Assembly: GCA_964534205.1 (NCBI GenBank) | Contig: CAZHQF010000002.1 | Span: forward strand, 64,488 to 128,487 | Direction: 5' to 3' | DNA length: 64,000 bases | Source of the DNA: an uncultured Candidatus Peribacteria bacterium | GTDB taxonomy: Bacteria > Patescibacteriota > Gracilibacteria > Peribacterales > Peribacteraceae | Shown: one piece after another, positions 1 through 14,390 of the stretch | How the letters are laid out: each line of letters starts with the position of its first letter | Numbering within the stretch: position 1 is the first letter of the stretch | The notes under the pieces: model-generated | What the model saw: only the letters and a program-made list of their open reading frames with translations | Databases searched by the model: none | Told to the model about the DNA's origin: nothing | Position numbers and translations under genes: made by a program

Positions 1-1
1 G

Positions 2-3000
2 TACGACGGCGCGCAGACAGGCTGGCGGCAAATCCGTCTGAACGGAGAGTGGATTCCCATCGAGGTGCTCCAGCCGCAGAATGCAGGTCTCTCCCGCGGG
101 TACTGTGCGACCGGAAACGCCGCCACAAGCTGTACGGAGACCCAGAACAATTTCCGGTGCTCGGGGATCAATCTTCTCATGAATCCCGTGCCGATAAACG
201 GACCAACGCGCCCTGTCACCCCTCTTACGGGAGTGTTCTTTCCCGCGCCGTTCGCTCCGGGAATGATCCTCGATCGACGCAGTGACACCGTTGCCCAGGC
301 GGCGTGCAGATATTATGTGGACCCTCAGACGCCGTTCCCGTGTTGCCAGCCGCGCCGGTGGAACACGGAAGCATCGTTTGTCAGCGTTCCGTACAGCCAG
401 TGTCTCGGTATGGCTTTTGATACGGAGCCGATCAGCCCGGATCTGAGAAACATTTACACCCGAAATGACTGCTTCATGGGGACGTTCGTGGTTCCGGGTT
501 TCCGTGGAGCGGACCCCGCGCCCGCGATGTCCATCGGTGACTATCATCTGTGTTGCGATCCGCAGGCCGATGACGGTCCCAATGGGCCCAACCGCACGGC
601 CAGACCGAACATCGGCCGCTGCTCCTACAGTCTGGAAGACAACATCATCGCCTTCAATACAGGAACGCTCTTTGCGGGTGTCGGTCGTCCCATTGCTACC
701 ATCAATCCCGTTCTCAAGCCCGATGCACCCGGCGACACCGGTCCCTCGCATTTCGAAATCGAGCCGCGTGCGCCGTACAGCCATGAATACATCCACTACC
801 TGCTGCATTACGAATTGCTGCAGGCTGACTTCTTTGCACCCCGCACAGGTCCAAGTGAGTTCAATCCCGCAAAGACGGTCGTGCGGATCAAAACGCCAAA
901 CCCCCAGCGCCTGAGCCGCATCATGGGATTACTGAGTGAAACACTGCCGATCCCCACAACCATCGAGGAATATAATGCGGACCCGCGTTCACTCTTTAAG
1001 CTCGTCCCGGATGGAGTGAATCCTCCAGCATGGAAAGCCTATGTACGGCCGGATCAGCCTCCGGGCCTTCCGCCGGACGGCATCCCTGTTCCGTTGCCGA
1101 TGAGCGCATCCGCGCATGCACTTGCGAGCGTGCGCAGACTTGGTGTTGTGGTGGGACTAGCGAATGCCGATGCGAATGGTTGGTTCTATCCCATTGCGGG
1201 TCTGGATGACTGGCGCAAAACCGAGCGGGCGCTGCAGCTGCTGCTCTATCCCCGTCAGGCAAGCAGGGGGGCTGCTCCGGCTCCAAATCGCGCTGTGAAT
1301 TCCTGCGGCGACCAAAATTCCGCGTCGTATCCGCATGCGAATTTTACCATTACGGCGGCAACAACCCCTCAGCAGGTACAGGAGAAAATCAATGAATGTG
1401 CCACCCGGTGCGGTCTCGTTTTCTGCGTATTCACCCGTTCCGGAGAAGGGGTTGCCGCCAGCTGCCAGCGCGGTGCACTGACCATTCCCAATGATGTTCT
1501 CGCGCAGCAGCCTCCCAACCGTTGCTTTGCGGATAACCAGAAGACTACGCATAACCGTCTGATGCCGAACTACTGTGCTCCGCATGCCAACCTTCCGCGC
1601 CCCCCCAACCCCGTCACGCTGCAGACGCAGAACCAGTACATCGCATCTCTCAGCGCACTCGGTTCTTCGCTGTGGGGTACGCGAAAATCCGATGCGGAGT
1701 ACCAGAATCTGCAAGATTGTTCTGCGGCTGCCACTCCTTGTTCCATTATCGTACGCAGCGCCACTGCATCGAGCAGAAGGTCCTTTGCAGGCGGCGGACA
1801 GCAGGGGCAGCAGGCAGGACCTGCGGGCGGCCCTGCCGGACAAGGAGGTGGGAACCTTCCCGGTGGAGGACCGCTCGGGGGACCGCTCGGAGGGCCGGTT
1901 GGCGGTCCGGTGGGAGGGCCGGTGGGTGCTAACGCAGGAACTCCCGCTGGCGGAACACCAACCGGTGCCACGCCCGGGACCGGTCCCGGGACAACACCCG
2001 GCGGAAGTACCTCACCAAGCGGCAACCAGCAGGGCGGTGCACGGTCATCCCCTCCGGGGACATCCACCTCTCCGGGCACCTCCACCGTTGGCCGCACATC
2101 GTCCAGAGCATCATCCGTAAACCTCATCGCTCCGTTCCCTCTTTCCAGTTCATCCTCGTCTACACGCCCGGCAAGTACCTCCTCCTCGCCCTTCAGTTTC
2201 ACAATTCCGTTCGGCAGTTCATCGTCCATAGGATCCAAAACTGGCAGTGCGTCCTCCGGCAGGAGTACGTCGTCCGTTTCCTCCAAGACCGCTTCCACCT
2301 CTTCGGCTTCGTCCAAATCTGCGTCCACCTCTTCGACTACGTCCAAATCCGCGTCCATGTCTTCGGGTGCCTCCAAGTCGGCGTCCGCGTCGTCGGTACG
2401 CTCCGGCACCTCGTCTTCGGCATCGAAAACATCGTCGGTTTCTTCCGGTACAACGTCTTCGCAGCACTCATCCGCATCGTCGATCATCATCGTCTTCAAC
2501 GGCTCATCGTCCAGATCCAGTTCGGCATTGAGTGGAGCCTCTTCCAGTCGTTCCGGTTCTTCCACGGCCGGTGGCTTCAGCTCCTCGCAAAAACCCGGCA
2601 CCAGCTCTGCAGGCGGTTCCACGGGAACAACCGGAGGAAACACGGGGACTACCGGCGGTACGGGTACGAGCGGAACAACGGGTGGAACCGGCACCACCGG
2701 TGCCACAGGGGCGACGGGGGGAAAAACCGGTGGTACGGGAACGACAGGGGGTTCAACCGGAACAACCGGCGGGACCGGCACTAGCGGCGGGACAGCCGGA
2801 ACAACGGGCGGCAGCACGGGGACAACCGGTGGGTACAAGGGCGCGACGGGCGGCACTGCGGCCACAACCGGCGGGTTCACCGGCACGACAGGAGGTCAGA
2901 GCGGGGGAACATCGCGCACGTCGTCGAGTATCAGCGGCGGATCCACGGGAACGACCGGCGGTTCTTTCTTTTCTGTCCGCAGTTCCTCCTCCATCTCTTC

Positions 3001-3913
3001 GTATTGCCCGCCCGAGATCTGCTTCCCGTGCTCTTCCAATGATCAGTGTCCGAGCAGGCAGTGCCTCAACGGCAAATGCACGCCGCTCTGCGGCAACGGG
3101 GTTGTGGACGCAAACGAAGTCTGCGACGACGGCAACACGAACAACGAGGATGCCTGCACCAACGCCTGCAAGCTTGGATCCGACGAACTCTGCAACACAC
3201 ACGGACAGTGCACGACGGGTCTCTGTCTCAACGGTCATTGTTCCGCCTGCAGTACCAACAGCCAGTGCCCCGCGGACACTCTCTGTCTCTCCCGCGCGTG
3301 CGTGGTATCTCCGGTCTGCGGAAACGGTATCATGGAATGGACGGAACGGTGCGACGACGGCAACCGCGATGACAACGATTCCTGCAGCAATCTCTGCCGC
3401 AGAGGCAACGGCGAATCCTGTTCGGTCAACCGCGACTGTGCATCGCTCTCCTGCCAGGACGGTTCTTGTGCAGCGTGCTCATCCGCCGACCGGTGTGGCG
3501 GGACTCCATGCGTCGACGGCCGCTGCGCAGACGGCTGCGGGAACGGCACGGTCGATCCGGGAGAGCAGTGTGATCAGGGAGCGATGAACAGCGATATCAT
3601 TGCTGATGTCTGTCGCACCGACTGTGCGCTCTTCAGAGTGGGCGACGGTGTGAAGGACGGGAATGAGGAGTGTGACGACGGCAACACCGTCTCCGGTGAC
3701 GGCTGCGACCGCTTCGGGCGTCTGGAAACGGGGAGCACGTCCGGCCGTCCCGTGGTCGTCGATCTCTCGCCGACCAAGAATCCCTACCCGGGTTCGGTGA
3801 TCAACGGCGGTAACCGTCCCAACTCGCTCTCGGAAGAAGGCCCTGCCGCGGTGGCCGTGATGGCCGCAGGAGGTGCAGCAGGGTGGGCGTGGATGCGGCG
3901 ACGACGAAAATAA
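2..3913 (+). CDS. Giant secreted/surface protein, 5'-partial. It has a Cys-containing N-region, a Gly/Pro then Ser/Thr/Gly low-complexity stalk, Cys-rich CGNG..E.CDDGN modules, and a C-terminal hydrophobic helix plus RRRRK.
   Basis: ORF 65..3913. The same frame has no stop from nt 2, so the start lies upstream of the window. Modules seen: CGNGVVDANEVCDDGN, CGNGIMEWTERCDDGN, CGNGTVDPGEQCDQG, GDGVKDGNEECDDGN. Tail: PAAVAVMAAGGAAGWAWMRRRRK. Confidence 0.85.
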   Translation, partial: YDGAQTGWRQIRLNGEWIPIEVLQPQNAGLSRGYCATGNAATSCTETQNNFRCSGINLLMNPVPINGPTRPVTPLTGVFFPAPFAPGMILDRRSDTVAQAACRYYVDPQTPFPCCQPRRWNTEASFVSVPYSQCLGMAFDTEPISPDLRNIYTRNDCFMGTFVVPGFRGADPAPAMSIGDYHLCCDPQADDGPNGPNRTARPNIGRCSYSLEDNIIAFNTGTLFAGVGRPIATINPVLKPDAPGDTGPSHFEIEPRAPYSHEYIHYLLHYELLQADFFAPRTGPSEFNPAKTVVRIKTPNPQRLSRIMGLLSETLPIPTTIEEYNADPRSLFKLVPDGVNPPAWKAYVRPDQPPGLPPDGIPVPLPMSASAHALASVRRLGVVVGLANADANGWFYPIAGLDDWRKTERALQLLLYPRQASRGAAPAPNRAVNSCGDQNSASYPHANFTITAATTPQQVQEKINECATRCGLVFCVFTRSGEGVAASCQRGALTIPNDVLAQQPPNRCFADNQKTTHNRLMPNYCAPHANLPRPPNPVTLQTQNQYIASLSALGSSLWGTRKSDAEYQNLQDCSAAATPCSIIVRSATASSRRSFAGGGQQGQQAGPAGGPAGQGGGNLPGGGPLGGPLGGPVGGPVGGPVGANAGTPAGGTPTGATPGTGPGTTPGGSTSPSGNQQGGARSSPPGTSTSPGTSTVGRTSSRASSVNLIAPFPLSSSSSSTRPASTSSSPFSFTIPFGSSSSIGSKTGSASSGRSTSSVSSKTASTSSASSKSASTSSTTSKSASMSSGASKSASASSVRSGTSSSASKTSSVSSGTTSSQHSSASSIIIVFNGSSSRSSSALSGASSSRSGSSTAGGFSSSQKPGTSSAGGSTGTTGGNTGTTGGTGTSGTTGGTGTTGATGATGGKTGGTGTTGGSTGTTGGTGTSGGTAGTTGGSTGTTGGYKGATGGTAATTGGFTGTTGGQSGGTSRTSSSISGGSTGTTGGSFFSVRSSSSISSYCPPEICFPCSSNDQCPSRQCLNGKCTPLCGNGVVDANEVCDDGNTNNEDACTNACKLGSDELCNTHGQCTTGLCLNGHCSACSTNSQCPADTLCLSRACVVSPVCGNGIMEWTERCDDGNRDDNDSCSNLCRRGNGESCSVNRDCASLSCQDGSCAACSSADRCGGTPCVDGRCADGCGNGTVDPGEQCDQGAMNSDIIADVCRTDCALFRVGDGVKDGNEECDDGNTVSGDGCDRFGRLETGSTSGRPVVVDLSPTKNPYPGSVINGGNRPNSLSEEGPAAVAVMAAGGAAGWAWMRRRRK
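2276..2395 (+). repeat. Four tandem 30-bp (10-aa) units inside the giant gene, encoding xSSK[ST]AS[TMA]SS
   Basis: Protein reads SSKTASTSSA / SSKSASTSST / TSKSASMSSG / ASKSASASSV. The DNA units align codon by codon. Confidence 0.8.
2614..2905 (+). repeat. Degenerate ~21-bp (7-aa) tandem units encoding TGG-x-TGT (Gly/Thr stalk)
   Basis: The run GGSTGTTGGNTGTTGGTGTSGTTGGTGTTGATGATGG... continues for about 95 aa. Confidence 0.75.
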
Positions 3914-4062
3914 GGGAACAGGGAATGGATTCGACGGGCTCACCACAAGTCGTGATTAGGGAATAGGGGGAAAAGACGATGATGCTGGAAAAACGTCCAA
4001 TTTTCTATGCGGAGGGCGGGCCTTTGTATCCTGAGCGGAGTCGAAGGCCGGGCCGCCGGCAA

Positions 4063-4566
4063 TTACCAAACCCTCATCTTACTCCCTTTCAGCAGCTGTG
4101 ACGATTCCTGTATGCGCTCCAGCATCAGATCAATGATCCGTACTTTCAGGAGCAGCGTTCCGCTTCCGGCGTCATGCACAGTGAGGTGATCTGCCTTGTC
4201 TGTCAGGAACGAAAAGCGCGAGTCTGCCGGGAGCACGTAGCGTGTGTAGCCTTCACCATCAGCGGCCGATGTGACCGTTGCAAGATCCGTCCCCCGCACC
4301 TCACGCAGTGTCCAGGAAGAGGGAACAGTGATGGATGCGGTTTCATCCGGAGCGAAATCGATCACCTCCAGCCCCTCGCGTGCGCCGCGGATGATGGTCA
4401 GCGACGTACTTTGCCCATGTCGTACCAGCACAGCCTGCTCTTCGATGTTCGGCGTGTCCGTTCGGATGCTCGCCGCACCAGGGTGCATGAACACGCTCAG
4501 CGCCGCGACCGCGAGAGCGGAAAAGAACATCATGCCGTGACGCGGGCGTTTTTTGGCGCGAGCCAT
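4063..4566 (-). CDS. Hypothetical secreted protein
   Basis: 167-aa ORF with a basic N-terminus plus hydrophobic segment (MARAKKRPRHGMMFFSALAVAALSVFM) typical of a signal peptide. No family recognised. Confidence 0.6.
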   Translation of the reverse strand: MARAKKRPRHGMMFFSALAVAALSVFMHPGAASIRTDTPNIEEQAVLVRHGQSTSLTIIRGAREGLEVIDFAPDETASITVPSSWTLREVRGTDLATVTSAADGEGYTRYVLPADSRFSFLTDKADHLTVHDAGSGTLLLKVRIIDLMLERIQESSQLLKGSKMRVW

Positions 4567-4664
4567 GGGGTCGATGCTACCTCATTCTTTGCATGCTGCG
4601 ACAGGGTGAGATAATCATTGCAAAAATCCGTTCACTTCCCGTCATTGGTGCTAGACTACGTGCC

Positions 4665-5036
4665 ATGGAACTTGATCCGCATACTCTCGAACAGATCATC
4701 CGCCGCATCGAACAGCAGATGCGCTGCCCGCAGTGCGGCAAAAAGGTCCCCGTGGACTTCGCCTCCGTGCGCGTTGCCGGGGATAACTTCCTCATCCTGC
4801 AGCTGAAATGTGAGACGTGCGATGCGTACATCGTGCTGCATGCCACGCTCCAGGGCACGGCCGTCGATGCCAAGCACCCGGAACAGCAGATGGCCAATGC
4901 ATCGTCATCGTTGCATCTCAAAGATGATGAGATCGCCCAGCTCAAAAAGGGCCTCGAGCAGTCCGGCGGCTCGTTTGAGAAGCTCTTCAAGAAATACGGT
5001 CCCCAGCGCGATGGCGATGCCCCGAGTGCTTCCTGA
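4665..5036 (+). CDS. Hypothetical zinc-ribbon protein
   Basis: ATG at 4665 (MELDPHTLEQ) within ORF 4593..5036. CPQCG...CETC four-Cys pair. Confidence 0.55.
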   Translation: MELDPHTLEQIIRRIEQQMRCPQCGKKVPVDFASVRVAGDNFLILQLKCETCDAYIVLHATLQGTAVDAKHPEQQMANASSSLHLKDDEIAQLKKGLEQSGGSFEKLFKKYGPQRDGDAPSAS

Positions 5037-5041
5037 TCTTC

Positions 5042-5335
5042 ATGAGACGCAACGTTTTGCTCCCGGCTGCACTCCTGCTCCTCACTGCCTGCGCAGACAC
5101 GCTCGCCGATATCCAGTCGGACACGGAAAAATTCCTCCATACCACGAGCGGTGCCACCGCCGACTGGCAGCAGACGCTCACCGATACCGTGGAGCTCGGG
5201 CGTCTGGAAGCCGAAAAGCTGAAGAAGGGAATCGAAGACGCGGGTAAGACGGTTGACCAGGTAAAAGAAGGAGTCGCAGAGGTGCAGGAAGGCATCGATG
5301 CCATCAATGAGGCGAAAGCGAACATCAATTTCTAA
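5042..5335 (+). CDS. Small lipoprotein
   Basis: Lipobox in MRRNVLLPAALLLLTAC, followed by a coiled-coil-like charged sequence. Confidence 0.65.
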   Translation: MRRNVLLPAALLLLTACADTLADIQSDTEKFLHTTSGATADWQQTLTDTVELGRLEAEKLKKGIEDAGKTVDQVKEGVAEVQEGIDAINEAKANINF

Positions 5336-5395
5336 TTCCACATTACTAATTGCAAATTAGGAATCAGCAATTTGGAATGTGTAATTCTTCAAAAC
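5326..5395. repeat. CTAATT-word stutter hairpin (family copy a)
   Basis: aatttctaattccacattactaattgcaaattaggaatcagcaatttggaatgtg. Arms cacatt/aatgtg and ctaatt/aattag. Shares atttctaattcc and aattgcaaatt with other copies. Confidence 0.7.
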
Positions 5396-5409
5396 ATTCT
5401 TGATTTCTT

Positions 5410-5437
5410 CCTCCCGGTAAGTAGAATGATCCCGTCA
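5410..5437 (+). promoter_or_regulatory. Sigma70-type promoter upstream of rpoC
   Basis: TTGATT, 16 nt, TAGAAT. About 150-nt leader to the rpoC ATG. Confidence 0.5.
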
Positions 5438-5556
5438 CCAACGTTCTCTTTCCCGCGGGTCAGACGACCGCACCAGGAGAGGGAGCGCTCTGTGGCGTGT
5501 TCATTCCTCGGCTACGCTCGGAATGACACGCTCTCAGATTTTGGCTCAGGGAAGCC

Positions 5557-5582
5557 CTATTCCCTAATTACTATTCCCTAAT
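5557..5582 (+). repeat. Two tandem exact copies of the 12-mer CTATTCCCTAAT directly upstream of rpoC
   Basis: ctattccctaatta ctattccctaatcc, then ctcctgtcATG. Confidence 0.85.
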
Positions 5583-5592
5583 CCCTCCTGTC

Positions 5593-9468
<3,876 letters not shown>

Positions 9469-9612
9469 TTTCACGGCTGCGAGCTGCGAGGAACGGGCTG
9501 CGAGAGCACCCTTCCCGCAGCCCGAAGCCCGTAACCCGCCGCTTTACGCCTTTACTTCACCCCCCGATCCCTCTACTATTCAGCGCCTTCTACGTTCGAT
9601 TCCTCAGTATAA

Positions 9613-10038
9613 ATGCCTACCATTAACCAGCTCGTCCGCCGCTCGCGCAAAAGCAACCGCGCAAAGTCCAAAGCTCCCGCTCTGCAGGAGGGCTGGAACG
9701 CACTCAAGATGCGCGCTGTCGCGATGCCGAAGGGCAGCCCCTTCAAGCGCGGTGTCTGCGTGAAGGTGACGACCATGACGCCCAAGAAGCCGAACTCCGC
9801 TCTCCGCAAAATCGCCCGCGTGCGTCTGGTGAACGGCAAGGAGGTGAAGGCCTACATCATGGGTGAAGGCCACAACCTGCAGGAACACTCCGTCGTGCTC
9901 ATCCGCGGCGGCCGTGTGAAAGACCTTCCGGGTGTGCGTTACCACATCGTCCGCGGCATCCTGGATACCGAAGGCGTGCGCGACCGCAAGCAGGGCCGCT
10001 CCCTCTACGGTGCAAAGAAGCCCAAAGCCGCCAAGTAA
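9613..10038 (+). CDS. rpsL: 30S ribosomal protein S12
   Basis: MPTINQLVR...[10 protein letters not shown]...[13 protein letters not shown]. Confidence 0.98.
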   Translation: MPTINQLVRRSRKSNRAKSKAPALQEGWNALKMRAVAMPKGSPFKRGVCVKVTTMTPKKPNSALRKIARVRLVNGKEVKAYIMGEGHNLQEHSVVLIRGGRVKDLPGVRYHIVRGILDTEGVRDRKQGRSLYGAKKPKAAK

Positions 10039-10047
10039 CTTCGAACC

Positions 10048-10080
10048 CTATTCCCTAATTCCTAGTCCCTATTCCCTGAG
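10048..10080 (+). repeat. CTATTCCCTAAT 12-mer plus a near copy (CTATTCCCTGAG) in the rpsL-rpsG spacer
   Basis: ctattccctaattcctagtccctattccctgag, then tccATG. Confidence 0.85.
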
Positions 10081-10083
10081 TCC

Positions 10084-10542
10084 ATGGCCCGCCCCGTCAA
10101 AGCCTTCATCCCCACCGGTTCCGACGCTCTCCAGGAGAAATTCGTCAACTGTCTGATGCACGGTGGCAAGAAAGTCACCGCCCGCAGGATTTTTGCCGAT
10201 GCCCTCGAGATCATCAAAACCCGCACCAAGGATGCCCCGACGGAAGTCTTCCAGAAGGCGCTCATGAACGTCACTCCGCTCATCGAGGTGCGCCCCAAGC
10301 GCATCGCCGGTTCGGTGTACCAGGTGCCGGTGGAGGTCAACCCCAAGCGCCAGCAGGCGCTCTCCATCCGCTGGATCCTGGATGCCGCACGTTCCCGCAA
10401 GGGTGTCCCCATGGCTCACAAGCTCGCGCTCGAGCTCCTCGATGCCTCCACGGACCAGGGCGCAGCCATCAAGAAGAAGCAGGACGTGCTCAAGATGGCC
10501 CAGGCCAACAAAGCTTTCGCTCACCTCGCAAAGTCAGCGTAA
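10084..10542 (+). CDS. rpsG: 30S ribosomal protein S7
   Basis: 152 aa. Position after rpsL and overall S7-like sequence (KKVTARRIFADALEII...VEVRPKRIAGSVYQVPVEV). Confidence 0.96.
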   Translation: MARPVKAFIPTGSDALQEKFVNCLMHGGKKVTARRIFADALEIIKTRTKDAPTEVFQKALMNVTPLIEVRPKRIAGSVYQVPVEVNPKRQQALSIRWILDAARSRKGVPMAHKLALELLDASTDQGAAIKKKQDVLKMAQANKAFAHLAKSA

Positions 10543-10567
10543 GCCAGTTCTCACTATTGATACTGAA

Positions 10568-10592
10568 GCGACGCCGCGAGGCGTCGTTTTTT
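10568..10592 (+). terminator. Rho-independent terminator after rpsG
   Basis: gcgacgcc-gcga-ggcgtcg followed by TTTTTT. Confidence 0.75.
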
Positions 10593-10695
10593 GTGTCTGG
10601 CGTGACAGCAGGCCGGTAGGCCTGCTCCAGGGTTTTACAAATACACACTTGCTTTCACTCTAACAACCAAACATCTTTCCAGGCATGGGGCAGGC

Positions 10696-11523
10696 CTACC
10701 GGCCTGCCGATGCTGCCATATTCAGATACTGCTCAAACACCTTCATCAGCTCCTTCAGCGTCTCCGGAATCGACCATTCCTGCTCATCAATCTTCCGAAG
10801 CGGCATGATCTTGCTGCTGGTGCTCGTGAGGAAGACGCCCTCGTAGTCTTTGAGTGACGTGAGCGGCAGATCTTTTTCGGTGAGCTCGTACCCGGCTGCG
10901 AGCGCAGCCTTGAGGACATGCATACGGGTGACGCCCTCCAAAATCTCTTTTGTCGGCGGTGAGTAGACCGTTTTTCCATTCATTGCGAAGAAGTTCGTTC
11001 TCGTGCCTTCGGTCACGCAGCCGTCGCGATTGATGAGCAGCGCGTCATAGCAGCCTTTGGCACGCGCCTGGCTGTAGGCCATGTAACTTGGGAACATGTT
11101 GAGCGTCTTTGCCTGCGGGAACATTCGTTCATATGGGAACGTGATCGCGGTCGCACCGTCCCGGTAGAGCTTGCGGTCGGGGAAGAGGGGGGTGAGCGGC
11201 AGGATGATCAACTGGCAGTCCTCGGTTTTCCGCGCCCCGATGAGCAAAATCTTCAGGTTGCAGGCTGCATCCCCCACTGTGCCGATCAGCTTCAGAATCC
11301 ACTGCTTCACATCGTCCGCGGCAAACGGGTGCCTGAGATCGATCACGCGGGCTGAGTGCATCAGGCGCGAAACATGATCATCGAGGAACCAGGCGTGGCC
11401 GTCGGTCACACGGACATTCTCGTACACGCCGAAGCCGTAGGCATACTCGATGTTCGAGAACGGGACGACAGCCTCATTCATCGGGAGCAGAACTCCGTTT
11501 TTGCTGAATTGCTGAAGAATCAT
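10696..11523 (-). CDS. Class IV aminotransferase (branched-chain/D-amino-acid aminotransferase or ADC-lyase family)
   Basis: 275 aa. EGTRTNFFAMNGKTVYSPP...ILEGVTRMHVL is typical of fold-type IV PLP enzymes. Confidence 0.8.
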   Translation of the reverse strand: MILQQFSKNGVLLPMNEAVVPFSNIEYAYGFGVYENVRVTDGHAWFLDDHVSRLMHSARVIDLRHPFAADDVKQWILKLIGTVGDAACNLKILLIGARKTEDCQLIILPLTPLFPDRKLYRDGATAITFPYERMFPQAKTLNMFPSYMAYSQARAKGCYDALLINRDGCVTEGTRTNFFAMNGKTVYSPPTKEILEGVTRMHVLKAALAAGYELTEKDLPLTSLKDYEGVFLTSTSSKIMPLRKIDEQEWSIPETLKELMKVFEQYLNMAASAGR

Positions 11524-11585
11524 GCAGTAAAAGTGTACATGTATTACAATGGCCGTGCGTTGCGGAATTTCGTATGCTCCTACCC

Positions 11586-11613
11586 TTGCAAAAAATCAAA
11601 AAATAAGTATAAT
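11586..11613 (+). promoter_or_regulatory. Sigma70-type promoter
   Basis: TTGCAA, 16 nt, TATAAT. Confidence 0.55.
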
Positions 11614-11669
11614 GCTTGCACGAAAAAAAACGGCTCATCACACATTTCATTCCCTTCACACCCACACCC

Positions 11670-12092
11670 ATGTCCACACCGCCCCGTTCCCGCCGTCTGA
11701 GCTCTGAAGATCTCGATCGCCCTCTCGATTTCTGGGAGAACGGTCCGGTTCGTCAGATACTGGAAATGGAATTTGAACTCGTGCTGGAACAGGAGCTCAC
11801 CGCGCGCGAACTTTCCCTCGATGCGCTGGTTTGTGATCTGCTCCACGATGCCGTCATCCCCGAAGTCATCCTCTTTGTCACCCAGAAGATGCACTGGACG
11901 CATCAGGAAGAGCGCCGGATGGCCCTCACTCTGGTGAATGAAAAGCGTGTCAGACGCGAGATTGTCAGGCGTCTTTCACGGCAGCTTGAGCGCTTCGGGC
12001 CGCTTTTGACCCGTCAGAAGGAACCCGCACTCCCACTGCAGGTGCTCAGCTGCGTTCCGCGCCTCATCCGCTTTGTGGTTACGGAGAGCTGA
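11670..12092 (+). CDS. Hypothetical protein
   Basis: ATG at 11670 (MSTPPRS) lies downstream of the predicted promoter and has pyrimidine-rich upstream context. The antisense ORF 11580..11903 is judged a shadow. Confidence 0.5.
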   Translation: MSTPPRSRRLSSEDLDRPLDFWENGPVRQILEMEFELVLEQELTARELSLDALVCDLLHDAVIPEVILFVTQKMHWTHQEERRMALTLVNEKRVRREIVRRLSRQLERFGPLLTRQKEPALPLQVLSCVPRLIRFVVTES

Positions 12093-12208
12093 ACGGTGCC
12101 TTTTGGCTCCTTGCGTCCGTTTGGCTCTTTCTGTAGAGTCTTCAGGCCTTTTCCGCAGGATCGGCGCTTTCGGGTGGCTGTCTGCGGAAATCTTTTTTCT
12201 CCTCCATC

Positions 12209-14308
<2,100 letters not shown>

Positions 14309-14315
14309 ACGCACG

Positions 14316-14386
14316 AAAAGAATCCGAAGAATAAAAGGAATCCAAGGAACATCCTCGGATTCTTTGGATTCGCCGGATTCTTTTTA
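14316..14386. repeat. GAATCC-word compound hairpin, copy A, between convergent genes
   Basis: gaaaagaatccgaagaataaaaggaatccaaggaac atcc tcggattctttggattcgccggattcttttt. Confidence 0.8.
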
Positions 14387-14390
14387 TTCC

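Noticed and set aside
1570-2886. 438-aa minus-strand ORF (PPVVPV-rich) and several other ORFs overlapping the giant gene
   Set aside because: It is the mirror image of the Gly/Thr/Ser low-complexity coding repeats on the plus strand. It has no start context and no recognisable domain, which is typical of a high-GC antisense shadow ORF.
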